Shown here: one piece after another, positions 16,639-26,870 of the stretch
Layout: every line of letters starts with the position of its first letter
Position numbering within the stretch: position 1 is the first letter of the stretch
Source: Candidatus Zipacnadia bacterium
GTDB lineage: Bacteria; Armatimonadota; Zipacnadia; Zipacnadales; Zipacnadaceae
Assembly: GCA_029820565.1 (NCBI GenBank)
Contig: JALGUR010000003.1
Coordinates: forward strand, 67,304 to 131,303
Direction of reading: 5' to 3'
Length of the DNA: 64,000 nt
Notes under the pieces: generated by a model
Told to the model about the DNA's origin: nothing
What the model saw: the letters and a program-made list of their open reading frames with translations, nothing else
The model's database searches: none
Position numbers and translations under genes: made by a program

Positions 16639-19543
16639 GCAGGGCTCGGTATACAGTGGCCTAAGAGGCGCCGGCCTGGTAGTATGGGGCTTGGTGGTGG
16701 GACTGGCAATGGTCGCGACGATCTGCGCGGCCCAGGTAGAGCCCTCTCGCGCTGAGCAGGCTCAGGTGTGGCTGGAGTACGGAGTGGGACAGGCTCAGCA
16801 GGGCGACTACCAGAGCGCTGTTGAAGCACTCAAACGGGCTATCCAAATTGACCCTACGTTTCAGCCGGCTTACTACAATCTGGGTCTGGTTCTATACCAA
16901 GTGGGCAAGTCGGCGCCGGCGGCTCACTACTTCCAGGAAGCCCTCAAGTTATCTCCCACTGACTTACAGGCGCAGCGGGGCCTGGGGCTGGCCTACATTG
17001 CCCAAGAGAAGTACGACCGCGCGGCGCAACTATTTCAGGACCTGCTACGGACTACTCCTGATGATGTAACGGTGAAATTGCAACTGGGCCGCTGCTATCT
17101 GGCTCAGGGCAAGCCCCGCCAGGCTATCCCCCTGCTTGAGGAGGCCGCGGCAGCGCGCCCGGATCAGCCGCAGGTGCACCTGTATCTGGGGCAGGGCCTG
17201 GCTGCTGCTAAGAGAGTAGTGGAGGCTGAGATGAGCCTGGGCCGGGCTCTGAAATTGCAGCCTGATCTTGAGCCGGCTAAACTGGTGCTACTTAAATTAT
17301 ACATAGATGCGGGCCGATTCATTTCAGCCCAGCCGCTGGTTGAGGAACTGCTGGCGGACCATCCCCAGGACCGGGACTTACTGCTGGCTCAGATTAAGAT
17401 TTACGAAGGGTTAGGCCTGGACCGCGAGAGGCGTAAGGCGGAGGAGGCGCTGCTGGCAGTACTGCCGGCCCAGCAGGCGGTCGCCGGGCGAACGCAACTC
17501 GCGGCGCAATACTTTGCGGCCGGCCGCTATGAACAGGCTCTGAACCAACTTGATAAGGCACGTACGTTTCGCCCCCATGACCCCGAAATTGCTGAGGCGA
17601 TGGCCCAATGCCATCTGAAACTGGGCCAACCCCAGCGCGCTGTTGAACTCCTGGAGGATCGGTCCAAATATGAGGGAGGTAGCGTTGGCATATTTGTTAC
17701 TCTGGGCGACGCTTATGCCACTCAAAGTCAATACGAGAAAGCCCTGAGTGCGTACCAACAGGCGCTGACGATTGACCGCGACTTGCCAGTGGCCCTGGAG
17801 GGAGCGGCCCAGGCAAGTGGGAAACTGGGCAAGTCAGAGCAGACGGTCCAATATCTACGGCGCATTGTGGCAATTGTGCCCGATAGTGATCACCAGCGCC
17901 TGCGGTTAGCCGATCAACTAACCCTGGTGGGCGAATGGGGCGAGGCAATGCGGCAGTATGTAGCGGTTACCGCCGAAGGCTGCGATGAGAAATTAGTGGT
18001 GGAGAGCCTATCGCGGCTCATTTTGCTGGCAACTCAAACGGGTAATACAGCCTTTGAGATGCAACTGCGGCAACAGCGCCAGCAACTCACTGCGGAGGAC
18101 CCTGATAGCCGCCTGATTCAACTTATGAACCAGCAAGATAGCGGGGAGAAGCGTGAGCAGCAGTTGCGCGAGATGCTGGCGGAGCACCCTGAGAATCCCG
18201 ACTTGAAGGTAGCCCAGGCGGCCCTATTGATGAAGGCAGGTGAAAGTCAGCAGGCCGCAGCGATACTTGAAGAGGTGTTGACCGAGCAGCCGCTGCACGG
18301 GCCGGCCAATTATCTGCAGGCCCAGGTGCATCTGCGTCAGGACCAGCCGGCCACTGCCTTTGACTTTCTCAAGCGGGCTATCCTGGCTCAACCCAGCGCC
18401 CGCCGGGCTTATGAGGATTTGCTAATCTGTGCCGAAGCGACTGGGCAGTTGCCCGCCGCTACCGATTTTCTGACGGCGGTGCTGGCAGATGCTATCAGTG
18501 CCGGAGAGATGCCCGAAGGCGCGGTGAAGACCTTGCTTATGTCCCTAGCAGCCGCCTACCAGCGACAGGACGGGGCCGAGCGGGCGGCTCGGGAGTTAGC
18601 CAGACTCTCGGACGCCTATCCCCAGCGGCCAATTATGGCAATAGCAGCGGCCCGCACCCTGGTGGCCGCCGACCAAATCACCCAAGCCGTCAAGTATTAT
18701 TCGCGAGCGGCGCGTGTGCCGCGGTATGTTGATGCTTTGGTGGAGGCTACTGAAGTGCTGCTGGATAGCAGGCCCGCCGCGGCGGCTAAACCGGCTACCC
18801 AGTATCTGGCTCGGGTAGCCGGGGACGAGCAGGCAATGGCTTGGGTAGCGGAACTGCTGGTTAGGGGCCAGTCCATAGAGTCTGAGGAAAAAGAGGCGGT
18901 GCGGCGGCTGTTACACAGCCAGCCGGGCACGGCCGCCTACCAGTTTGCCCAAGTGGACCTGGCTGAGGTATTGGGGCAACTGCCCCAGGCTGAGGCCAGA
19001 TTAGCGGCCCGAGTGGCAACCCAACCGCAGAATACTGCTACCGCTGCGGGCTTGGCTTATGCCCTATGGCGGCAAGGGCGAGCGACTGAAGCCCTAATGC
19101 GACTGGATACGGTGTCTGCCTGCGGTGAACCTGCCGTGCAGGCTCTGAGGGCCAGCGTCTTGGCGGAACTCGGTCAGACTCAGCCGGCTGTAGAGGTGGC
19201 GTCAGAAGTGCTACTGGCTGCTCCGGGCCAGCCGCAGGTTTCGCTCCTGAGGGCGAGATTGCTTGCAGAGGATGAGGCTTACGAAGAGGCTTTGTGGGAA
19301 TATTGCCAAGTGTTGGCGAGGGAGCCAACTACTAAGGCGGCAGTCACGGGCGTGACGGAGTTGGCCAGAGGCCGGGACGTGGAACTATCTGTGATACTGA
19401 CAGCGCTGAGTCAGGTCTATGCGGTTTGCCCGCAGCCGGGGGTGATACGAGAATTGGCCGCGGGTCTGGGCGACCAGGAACTGATACACAAGTGGCTGGC
19501 CACACATCCGCAGGTAGCGGAACAAAGGGCAATTAGCCAGTAG
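16628..19543 (+). CDS. Large TPR-repeat protein with N-terminal membrane anchor or signal
   Basis: ORF 16595..19543. ATG 16628 follows GGATGGAG and overlaps the hisI stop. TPR-like A/L/Y-rich repeats run throughout. Confidence 0.8.
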   Translation: MRTEQGSVYSGLRGAGLVVWGLVVGLAMVATICAAQVEPSRAEQAQVWLEYGVGQAQQGDYQSAVEALKRAIQIDPTFQPAYYNLGLVLYQVGKSAPAAHYFQEALKLSPTDLQAQRGLGLAYIAQEKYDRAAQLFQDLLRTTPDDVTVKLQLGRCYLAQGKPRQAIPLLEEAAAARPDQPQVHLYLGQGLAAAKRVVEAEMSLGRALKLQPDLEPAKLVLLKLYIDAGRFISAQPLVEELLADHPQDRDLLLAQIKIYEGLGLDRERRKAEEALLAVLPAQQAVAGRTQLAAQYFAAGRYEQALNQLDKARTFRPHDPEIAEAMAQCHLKLGQPQRAVELLEDRSKYEGGSVGIFVTLGDAYATQSQYEKALSAYQQALTIDRDLPVALEGAAQASGKLGKSEQTVQYLRRIVAIVPDSDHQRLRLADQLTLVGEWGEAMRQYVAVTAEGCDEKLVVESLSRLILLATQTGNTAFEMQLRQQRQQLTAEDPDSRLIQLMNQQDSGEKREQQLREMLAEHPENPDLKVAQAALLMKAGESQQAAAILEEVLTEQPLHGPANYLQAQVHLRQDQPATAFDFLKRAILAQPSARRAYEDLLICAEATGQLPAATDFLTAVLADAISAGEMPEGAVKTLLMSLAAAYQRQDGAERAARELARLSDAYPQRPIMAIAAARTLVAADQITQAVKYYSRAARVPRYVDALVEATEVLLDSRPAAAAKPATQYLARVAGDEQAMAWVAELLVRGQSIESEEKEAVRRLLHSQPGTAAYQFAQVDLAEVLGQLPQAEARLAARVATQPQNTATAAGLAYALWRQGRATEALMRLDTVSACGEPAVQALRASVLAELGQTQPAVEVASEVLLAAPGQPQVSLLRARLLAEDEAYEEALWEYCQVLAREPTTKAAVTGVTELARGRDVELSVILTALSQVYAVCPQPGVIRELAAGLGDQELIHKWLATHPQVAEQRAISQ

Positions 19544-19554
19544 ACGGAAGGGGT

Positions 19555-21834
19555 TCAGCGGGCGGTGTAAATGTGCACCTCGTGGGGGGCGAAACTATCC
19601 TGGAAACTGCCGTCAGCGCTGGCGGGCAACTGATAGCTTTCAAACATTGTCTGGAGGGCCTGGCCCGCAGCGGCTGGCACCTGAAAATGGCAGACCAATC
19701 CCTGATCAGAGGTATTGACTGCTACTACATACAGACCTTCGTTGTACTGCCATGTCGCCAGATGTAAGGCCCCTTCAGCGGCGGCGGGCAGGAGCGTGCG
19801 CTGCCCGTTTAAGATGACGGGGGCCAGCCACTGCAGTTGTCGGTTCAGGCGAGGGAAAGCCTGCCAGAGTTCGGGCGCATCCTGAGGCAGGTTAAAGGCC
19901 CTGGTACCGGGATAGGCCGGTATCTGATAACCGTAGTAGATAAGCCCCTTGGCCCCATGCATCAAGGCCAGGTAGGTCATAGCCCGCAGTTCGGCAACCG
20001 TAGGCGCCCGTCCCGGGCCCTGGATGTCCAGGGCAGCATCGCTGTACCAGCCGGGGCCGGAGGCCTGAATGGCCGCCCAGACTGGCTTGGAGTCCGCGAC
20101 GGCTTGCTGGGCGGCATTCAGTATTTGCCCGACACCAGTTACGGGCGAGGCAGGTATGGGCAGCGACCAGCCGACCACTATATCGCAGAAATCGCTGTAT
20201 AATTTCAGCAGTGATGGGGAGCTAAGCGCCATTAGGGTCGGATGGTGGGGACTGACTTGCTGCAAGCCCTGGTATAACTGCTCCATCGCGGCAGGCGGAA
20301 CTGACCTCTGATCGGGCCGGGCCAACACGTACCAACCCAACAGTGCCGGGTCATTGCCGAACTTGTCCTGAAGATTCTGCCAAAAGTCGCTCCCCGGCGG
20401 CGAGCCCGTGGCGCTGCTCAAGGTAGGTGAGGCGACCAGCAGTGATAGACCTAACTCATTGGCCTTCTCGGCCAAAGTGGAACTGGTCCGGCGAGAAGGA
20501 ACCACGACAAAGTTAAACCCGGCGGAGGCTATTGGGGATAGATTTTCAGGTTGCATTACGTGGTACAGGCCGCGGGGCAGTACGCGCGTACCATTTATGC
20601 ATAGGCTATTGTGGACATCGTAGCCCACTTCGCTGGGGGAGGGAGAGAGCCGGCGGACGGGCAGTTTTGTGGTATACCGACGGCTCGGCGTAAATTCGGC
20701 GGCCAGGCTCACCGTGTAATCCCCGGTCAGCATCGCCTTAAGAGGGAGTTTGATAGTGAAGCGGTTGGGGGTAGGTCGTTGGATGGCGTCACTGTCCTCA
20801 GTGACGTGGAGGTCCAGGGCGGCGATGCGGGCGGAGAGTTGGGCGGTTTTGGCTATTCGCTCAGTAGCGTTTATTCGGCCGGCGATCTCGAGGAACTGGA
20901 TGGGGATGCTACTGAGTATGGTCTGGCGAAAGGCAGGCTGGCGGCAGTGAGCCTCGATCAGTCCGGCGACGCCAATTTGCTGATGTTCGTATATGTCCCC
21001 GGTAGTAGGATCACTAACGATAATTTGCAGGTGGTGAGAGCGCTGCAGGGCGAAGCGGTACGGTATTGATAATAGCCCCTGCCCGTCGGCAGCGATGGTG
21101 GCCTGGCGCTGGGTGTGTATGCCCCGGCCGTCCTCGTCCTGGGCGATGAGCACAGCCTGGACCTGGCGGACGCGGTCAGTATGGTTGGTCAGGCGCAGAG
21201 TAGTGCGAAGCCTATCAGGAAACTCGTGGAGAATACCGGCTTCCTGGATTTGGGCCGATAGTTGATCCGGATAGGGACGCAGTGCCGCCTGGTCAATATA
21301 GAGGCGCCCGCGGCCTGTAACGCGCACCACGACTATGACCTGCTGCGTCCCCACAACTGGCTCAAAATACCATGACAACAGATTCCAATCCTGGGAGCGG
21401 GGAATAGGTTGGACTTCGGCTTGGAGGTAAGGTGTCTGCCACTCGCGCTGGTGGAAGTCCTGGCCAAAGGTAATTAGGGCGACCTCGGCCTGCGGCTGCT
21501 CATGCGTCCGGGCGTGACAAGTGAACAGCAGTCGGTCAGTGGGTAGATGACCAACGTCTATCGGGGTGCAGAACACGCCGAGTAGCGTGGGCTGAAGCCG
21601 TCCCTCCAGCACCAGGCACTTCTCACTTTGGTAGCCGCCGCCAATCAGTTTGGCCTCGCCCTCGGGCGTCCCGCCCGGGCTACGGGTGAACCAATTAGCA
21701 GCGCCACCGTGCTCGTCGGGCCGCTCAAAATCGCCGTTGAGCAGCAGATTGTCGGCAGCTACGGGTGAGACTACCGCTGTCAGCAGGATGAAGACTGCCA
21801 GACGCACTCCTAAAACTGGATGCCGAGTCATCAT
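19555..21834 (-). CDS. Secreted 759-aa protein, possibly carbohydrate-binding or glycosidase-like
   Basis: Signal peptide. NLLLNGDFE is a CBM-like N-terminal motif. The function call is weak. Confidence 0.6.
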   Translation of the reverse strand: MMTRHPVLGVRLAVFILLTAVVSPVAADNLLLNGDFERPDEHGGAANWFTRSPGGTPEGEAKLIGGGYQSEKCLVLEGRLQPTLLGVFCTPIDVGHLPTDRLLFTCHARTHEQPQAEVALITFGQDFHQREWQTPYLQAEVQPIPRSQDWNLLSWYFEPVVGTQQVIVVVRVTGRGRLYIDQAALRPYPDQLSAQIQEAGILHEFPDRLRTTLRLTNHTDRVRQVQAVLIAQDEDGRGIHTQRQATIAADGQGLLSIPYRFALQRSHHLQIIVSDPTTGDIYEHQQIGVAGLIEAHCRQPAFRQTILSSIPIQFLEIAGRINATERIAKTAQLSARIAALDLHVTEDSDAIQRPTPNRFTIKLPLKAMLTGDYTVSLAAEFTPSRRYTTKLPVRRLSPSPSEVGYDVHNSLCINGTRVLPRGLYHVMQPENLSPIASAGFNFVVVPSRRTSSTLAEKANELGLSLLVASPTLSSATGSPPGSDFWQNLQDKFGNDPALLGWYVLARPDQRSVPPAAMEQLYQGLQQVSPHHPTLMALSSPSLLKLYSDFCDIVVGWSLPIPASPVTGVGQILNAAQQAVADSKPVWAAIQASGPGWYSDAALDIQGPGRAPTVAELRAMTYLALMHGAKGLIYYGYQIPAYPGTRAFNLPQDAPELWQAFPRLNRQLQWLAPVILNGQRTLLPAAAEGALHLATWQYNEGLYVVAVNTSDQGLVCHFQVPAAAGQALQTMFESYQLPASADGSFQDSFAPHEVHIYTAR

Positions 21835-21850
21835 TTGTGTCCTCCTCAGA

Positions 21851-22837
21851 TTAGCACAAATCCATACCTATCTTAACCAATTCGCCACCGCTGGCCTGAT
21901 TCCTTCGCACGTCCCCCTGCGGCGGTGGAACGGCCAAGTATATATATCGGGTCAGCCCGCCCTTGGTAACCGGGGCGCGGCGGTGTATGCGCAGCCCCAG
22001 ATTGGAGAGCAGTTCGTCCTGAGGTCGGCCCGTCACGATAGCCATTCGCCTGACCTGAGATTTCAGATTGACGAGTATCTCGGTGTACAGCTTAGAATCA
22101 ACCGCTGAGGAATGGCCGTAGGGAAAATCCACCACGGCGGCATCAAATCTGCCGGGGATGGTGCGCGCATCGCTGACCACGATGTTAGCAGGCAGATTCA
22201 GAGCCCTCAGATTCTCGGCAGCCAGGCCGGCCAGTTTCTTGTTGATCTCCGCGCCCACGGCCCGCACCCCCATAGCCAGCGCCTCGGCAACTACAGTGCC
22301 TACCCCACAGCAGGGGTCAAGCAGCAAGTCGCCGGGCGCAACCACCAGATTGACCAGGGCCCGGGCCATCTGAGCGGGCAGGGCATTGGAGTAATCATGA
22401 GGGCGCTGGGACTGGTGGTGCCAGCCCTGGTCACTGCGCGAGATAATCGGCCCGAAGCGCCAGCAGCCCGGGCTCAGTACCACCGCCAGGGGCGTGCGGG
22501 GATTATCCAGGTTGGGATGACCGCAGATACAATCAGCGAGGGCTTTGACGATTTCGCTGGGGCTGGCCGGCACTTTAGGGGCGGGACGGTACACCTCAAT
22601 CCGGAAATCCTCATACTCCGGTTGCAAGTCGCCGACTTTATTTACTAATTCGTCTAAATTAGGCGCGGCGGCCACTTGTTGGGCGCAGAGGCGCGTATAG
22701 GCGGCCCGGCTCACATCTACGCCGGCCAGTCCGACGCCTACCCGGCCTGGCGCTGAGCAGCCGGCCAGCACAGCCAGTTCGGCGGTGGCTAACTGTAAGT
22801 ATTGGTCCGGGCCGGTTAATAAATAGAAACAGGACAC
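21851..22837 (-). CDS. SAM-dependent (RNA/DNA N-) methyltransferase, UPF0020/Trm11-like
   Basis: LLDPCCGVGTVVAEA (SAM motif I) and VVDFPYG (motif IV, the (D/N)PPY class). Confidence 0.75.
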   Translation of the reverse strand: MSCFYLLTGPDQYLQLATAELAVLAGCSAPGRVGVGLAGVDVSRAAYTRLCAQQVAAAPNLDELVNKVGDLQPEYEDFRIEVYRPAPKVPASPSEIVKALADCICGHPNLDNPRTPLAVVLSPGCWRFGPIISRSDQGWHHQSQRPHDYSNALPAQMARALVNLVVAPGDLLLDPCCGVGTVVAEALAMGVRAVGAEINKKLAGLAAENLRALNLPANIVVSDARTIPGRFDAAVVDFPYGHSSAVDSKLYTEILVNLKSQVRRMAIVTGRPQDELLSNLGLRIHRRAPVTKGGLTRYIYLAVPPPQGDVRRNQASGGELVKIGMDLC

Positions 22838-22928
22838 TTGTTCTATGATCCTTTTGGGGGTATTATGGTCAGTGTAACTGGTTCAGGTTAGTATCATAAC
22901 ACAGACAGAATCTTTATAGAAGGGGATA

Positions 22929-23987
22929 TTGATGAACGGATATGAACGAATAATGGCGGCTATGGCAGTGCGGGAGCCGGATCGGGTGCCGATTTTTGAA
23001 GTACTGATTCACAAGAATGTCTGGACTGCGCTGTGCCCCCAGGCCCAAAGCAAGGCAGATTTTGAAGAAATAATGGACTTTGATGGCGTCTGTTGTGGCG
23101 GACAGTTCAAAGCCGTCCAGGAGCAGGGAGACTATTATACCGATGAATGGGGTGTGATGTACAAGCGCGGTGGGCTGGAGGACGTAAATCACCCCGTCCA
23201 GGCCCCGCTTGAAAGCATTGACGACCTGCGCAACTATTCTCCGCCCGACCCCGACGCTCCCTGGCGGTTGGGCAAGTTGCCTGAGTTGGTCCAGCGCTTC
23301 GGCGGTCGGCGAGCGATAATATTCCACCTACGGACGGCGTTTATGGACTCAGCCTATCTGATGGGGCTGGATAAAATGCTGATGAACTTCCTGCTTGATG
23401 CGGAATTTGTCAATGCTGTTATGGACGTGGTCCTGGCGACCAATATGCGGATTGTTCGTAACGCTATCCGGGCCGGCGCTGATGTCATTTTGGTGGGCGA
23501 TGACTACGCTGCCAATGAAGCGCCCTTGATGTCGCCGGACAATTTCCACGAGTTTATTTTTCCGCGGTTGCGACGGATGGTGGAGATGGTCCACGAAGAA
23601 GGCGCCTATTTCATTAAACACTCTGACGGCAATCTTTGGCCGATTTTGGATGATATATTGGCGACTGGGACTGATGGACTCAATCCTATTGAACCGCAGG
23701 CGGGGATGGATATGGGCGAGGTCAAGCAGTACTGCGGCGACCGGGTCTGCCTAAGCGGGAATATTGACTGCGGCCACCTGCTGCCCCACGGCACTGTTGA
23801 GCAAGTGCGCCAGGCGGTAATTGATTGTATCAGAGAAGGCGCGCCCGGCGGCGGGTTCATTATGCACTCGTCCAACAGCATTCATTCCTCGGTGAACCCC
23901 GAAAACTACCGGGCGATGATTGAGGCGACGAGAGAATATGGAAAGTATCCCCTAACACTGCCGGAGGAAAATATTCTGGGAAGATAG
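22929..23987 (+). CDS. Uroporphyrinogen-decarboxylase (URO-D/MtaA-like) family protein
   Basis: 352 aa. The N-terminus ERIMAAMAVREPDRVPIFE and the overall pattern are typical of the URO-D/MtaA family. Confidence 0.8.
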   Translation: MMNGYERIMAAMAVREPDRVPIFEVLIHKNVWTALCPQAQSKADFEEIMDFDGVCCGGQFKAVQEQGDYYTDEWGVMYKRGGLEDVNHPVQAPLESIDDLRNYSPPDPDAPWRLGKLPELVQRFGGRRAIIFHLRTAFMDSAYLMGLDKMLMNFLLDAEFVNAVMDVVLATNMRIVRNAIRAGADVILVGDDYAANEAPLMSPDNFHEFIFPRLRRMVEMVHEEGAYFIKHSDGNLWPILDDILATGTDGLNPIEPQAGMDMGEVKQYCGDRVCLSGNIDCGHLLPHGTVEQVRQAVIDCIREGAPGGGFIMHSSNSIHSSVNPENYRAMIEATREYGKYPLTLPEENILGR

Positions 23988-24222
23988 AAAACTCTCAACA
24001 AGCCCTTGACCGCCGCGGCCGAGTGTGATCTATCATAAACTTGGCAGTGAAGTTGGGGACGGATTAACTTAAGCGCCTGGCGTTCAGACTAACAGTGTGT
24101 AGATAGCGGGATGAGAATGTATGATACTTTCTCTGTCTCTTGATAAGACGTCCCTGTAAGTTAGCAATAGCCTCAAGGGCCGATTCTCCGCCTGAGGGGC
24201 ACAAGTCCGTGGATAGCCTGCC

Positions 24223-24256
24223 ATCCGCGTCCTGCGTACAAGGGGCGCGGATTTTT
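24223..24256 (+). terminator. Hairpin plus T-run (possible rho-independent terminator)
   Basis: ATCCGCG (24223-24229) pairs with CGCGGAT (24246-24252), followed by TTTT. The 16-nt loop is large. Confidence 0.4.
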
Positions 24257-24360
24257 GTTGGGGGCTGAAGTCTCAACTATCGGCCAGGAGGGATAATTGG
24301 ACAAGCAGCTAAATTATCTTAGTAGTTGCGGCTTAGCCGCTACATTATCTGCAAAGAGAG

Positions 24361-25638
24361 GTGAGTACTATGTATGTACGCGTGTTAGGGCTGGCAGCGG
24401 TGATAGCCGTTAGTTGGCTGCTGATAGCTATGGGGTCAGCGGGGGCGGAGCGCCCCGCCATTGGCAAGCCGCCCCCGGAAGGGGTAGTGGAATTAGTGGG
24501 AGTGGGAGGTATTAGTCACAGCCTGGTGGACCTAAAAGATGGCTCCTTAATGCTTGTGGGAGGCGGTAGCTACCGGTTGTCCACAGATGGGGGCTTGACC
24601 TGGGGCGAGTCCCAGTCTCTGGGTGAAGGCATCTCGGGTAACGGTATCCTGCGACTCCAATCGGGCGTCCTGGCTCTGACCAGTGGTCCCCGAATCTGGT
24701 TGTCAGAGGACGAAGGCAAGACCTGGAGACAGGGCACGGACACCTTCCCCCAGATGCTAAGCGGTCCGTACAACTTCTATGATGAGATGATACAGCTCAA
24801 GAGCGGCCGGCTGGTTTACCCCTATTACGCCTCCTATTCGGGCAGGCACCCTGAGTTGCTTTACGAGGAATCTTCTGCCTACGGCACGTGGCGAGGTCAA
24901 CGCATGCAAATAGAAGGCCATGGCCACCTGCCAGAAATCTATGTTACCCTTATCAGCTACTCCGATGATGAGGGCCAGAACTGGACTCTTTCTGAGGGCG
25001 ATTGGGGTAAGCCCAACGCCCTCATGGGCTGGTTTGACGCCGAGGGCCTGCCTACCGGCTACCGGGGAGTGACCGGTTGTGGGGAAGCTACGGTGGCAGA
25101 GACTAGCGATGGCCGAGTTTTATTGTTCGCTCGCCCCACGGTAAACCGCATTGTCTACAGCTACAGCACCGACGGCGGTGAGAGCTGGTCAGCAGTGTTG
25201 CCTACACAGCTAGCGAACTCTATCTCGCCGCCGCGACTGAGGCGCATCCCGCAGACTGGGGACCTGATGTGTGTATGGAACCAAGTCTCAGCAGAGGAGA
25301 TTCGGCGGGGCTACCGGCGTGGGCGGCTTTCGGTGGCCATATCGAAAGATAGCGGGGCCACCTGGCAAAACTTCAAGACCATTGAAGTAAGCGAGGGACT
25401 AAGAGACATAGCGCGTATCCCTCCTGAGTACCCGGTTAAGCTAGTGCGAGCCCGCGATGACGTGGGTCAGTTGCCTGATGGCTGGGCCTACTTCCACTAT
25501 GCCAATGTCTGCTTTGCCGGGGATAAAGTCTATATTATGTACAGTCGCGGCAGCGCCTTGTTAGGTATCGCCGAACAGAACCTGAAGAAGCAGGAACAGG
25601 TCACTCGCATCTACCCGTTGGAGTGGTTCTATCAGTAA
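24361..25638 (+). CDS. BNR/Asp-box repeat exo-alpha-sialidase-like protein, secreted
   Basis: Five Asp-boxes (STDGGLTW, SEDEGKTW, SDDEGQNW, STDGGESW, SKDSGATW). Signal peptide. Confidence 0.8.
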   Translation: MSTMYVRVLGLAAVIAVSWLLIAMGSAGAERPAIGKPPPEGVVELVGVGGISHSLVDLKDGSLMLVGGGSYRLSTDGGLTWGESQSLGEGISGNGILRLQSGVLALTSGPRIWLSEDEGKTWRQGTDTFPQMLSGPYNFYDEMIQLKSGRLVYPYYASYSGRHPELLYEESSAYGTWRGQRMQIEGHGHLPEIYVTLISYSDDEGQNWTLSEGDWGKPNALMGWFDAEGLPTGYRGVTGCGEATVAETSDGRVLLFARPTVNRIVYSYSTDGGESWSAVLPTQLANSISPPRLRRIPQTGDLMCVWNQVSAEEIRRGYRRGRLSVAISKDSGATWQNFKTIEVSEGLRDIARIPPEYPVKLVRARDDVGQLPDGWAYFHYANVCFAGDKVYIMYSRGSALLGIAEQNLKKQEQVTRIYPLEWFYQ

Positions 25639-25695
25639 GAAAATTGGCGGTGGGCTTAGATAGACATTAGCATAGCCGCGCCTGTGTTATTTATC

Positions 25696-26784
25696 CTAAA
25701 GTTCACCGAACGCGGCGGCCACGGCCGGGTGACTGATCTCGCCAGCGGCGACATTGACGCCTCGGGCCAGGGCAGAATCATCGCTAATAGCCTGGTCCAG
25801 ACCCCGGTTGGCGATTTTGCGCACGTGGGGCAGCGTAGCATTGGTCAGGGCAAAGGTGGAGGTGCGGGGTACGGCCGCCGGCATATTAGGCACACCATAA
25901 TGCACCACATCATACTTCAGATACGTGGGCTGGGCATAAGAAGTGGGTACGATGGTCTCCACGCAGCCGCCCTGGTCTACGGCTACGTCAATGATTACCG
26001 CGCCCGGCTTCATATTCTGAACCATTTGTTCGGTGACGATTTTCGGAGCCAAGGCTCCTGGAATCAGGACTGAGCCGATCAGCAGGTCGGCATAGGAGGT
26101 GGACCGGGCCACGTTGTAGGGATTGGAGTAGACGGTGACGACGGTGCCGTGCATAATGTCGTCCAAGTACTTGAAGCGGTCGTGGTCAATATCCAGAATG
26201 GTAACCTGCGCGCCTATCCCTAGGGCCGTCTTGGCCGCGTTAAGCCCCACGGTGCCGCAACCAACAATGACTACCTCAGCCGGCGGCACACCCGGCACTC
26301 CCCCTAACAGCACTCCGCGACCGCCCTGATGCTGAGCCAGGTAGTGGGCGCCGATTTGCACGGCCAACTTGCCAGCCACTTCGCTCATCGGTATCAACAG
26401 GGGCAAACTGCCGTCATCGGCCTGTACAGTCTCATATCCCAATGCCGTAATGTTGCTGTCCAACAGGGCTTCGGTCAGTTCGGGGTCGGAGGCCAGATGC
26501 AGATAGGTAAATAGACATAGGTCCTCGCGCAAGTACCCATACTCGGCGGGCAAGGGTTCTTTAACCTTCAGAATCATCTCGGCCCGCTGCCACGCCTCAG
26601 CGGCGCTGTCCAGGAGTTGGGCACCAGCGGCCTGATATTCAGTGTCCGTCATGCCGCTGCCTTGCCCCGCGCCGCTCTGGAGCAGTACCGTATGCCCCTC
26701 GGTTACCAGTTGATGTGTCCCCGCGGGAGTTATCGCAACGCGATTTTCGCCTTGCTTGATCTCGGTTGGGACACCGATAATCAT
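25696..26784 (-). CDS. ald: Alanine dehydrogenase
   Basis: MIIGVPTEIKQGENRVAITP N-terminus. NAD motif VVIVGCGTVG. ATG 26784 lies 5 nt after AGGTGG. Confidence 0.93.
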   Translation of the reverse strand: MIIGVPTEIKQGENRVAITPAGTHQLVTEGHTVLLQSGAGQGSGMTDTEYQAAGAQLLDSAAEAWQRAEMILKVKEPLPAEYGYLREDLCLFTYLHLASDPELTEALLDSNITALGYETVQADDGSLPLLIPMSEVAGKLAVQIGAHYLAQHQGGRGVLLGGVPGVPPAEVVIVGCGTVGLNAAKTALGIGAQVTILDIDHDRFKYLDDIMHGTVVTVYSNPYNVARSTSYADLLIGSVLIPGALAPKIVTEQMVQNMKPGAVIIDVAVDQGGCVETIVPTSYAQPTYLKYDVVHYGVPNMPAAVPRTSTFALTNATLPHVRKIANRGLDQAISDDSALARGVNVAAGEISHPAVAAAFGEL

Positions 26785-26800
26785 TGCTACCACCTACGAT

Positions 26801-26830
26801 CCGTTGTAGGAACGACATTCCTGTCGCGAC
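26801..26830. repeat. REP-like hairpin GTAGGAACGACATTCCTGTCGCGAC
   Basis: Same family as 60761..60785 and the three tandem units at 36818..36954 (opposite orientation). Stem GCGACA/TGTCGC. Confidence 0.6.
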
Positions 26831-26842
26831 CGGCACAGCAAA

Positions 26843-26863
26843 GTAGTCTTGCCAGAAGACTAC
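26843..26863 (-). terminator. Possible terminator hairpin after tyrS
   Basis: 8-bp stem GTAGTCTT/AAGACTAC with a 5-nt loop, followed on the minus strand by a weak TTTG. Confidence 0.4.
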
Positions 26864-26870
26864 CCGGCAG

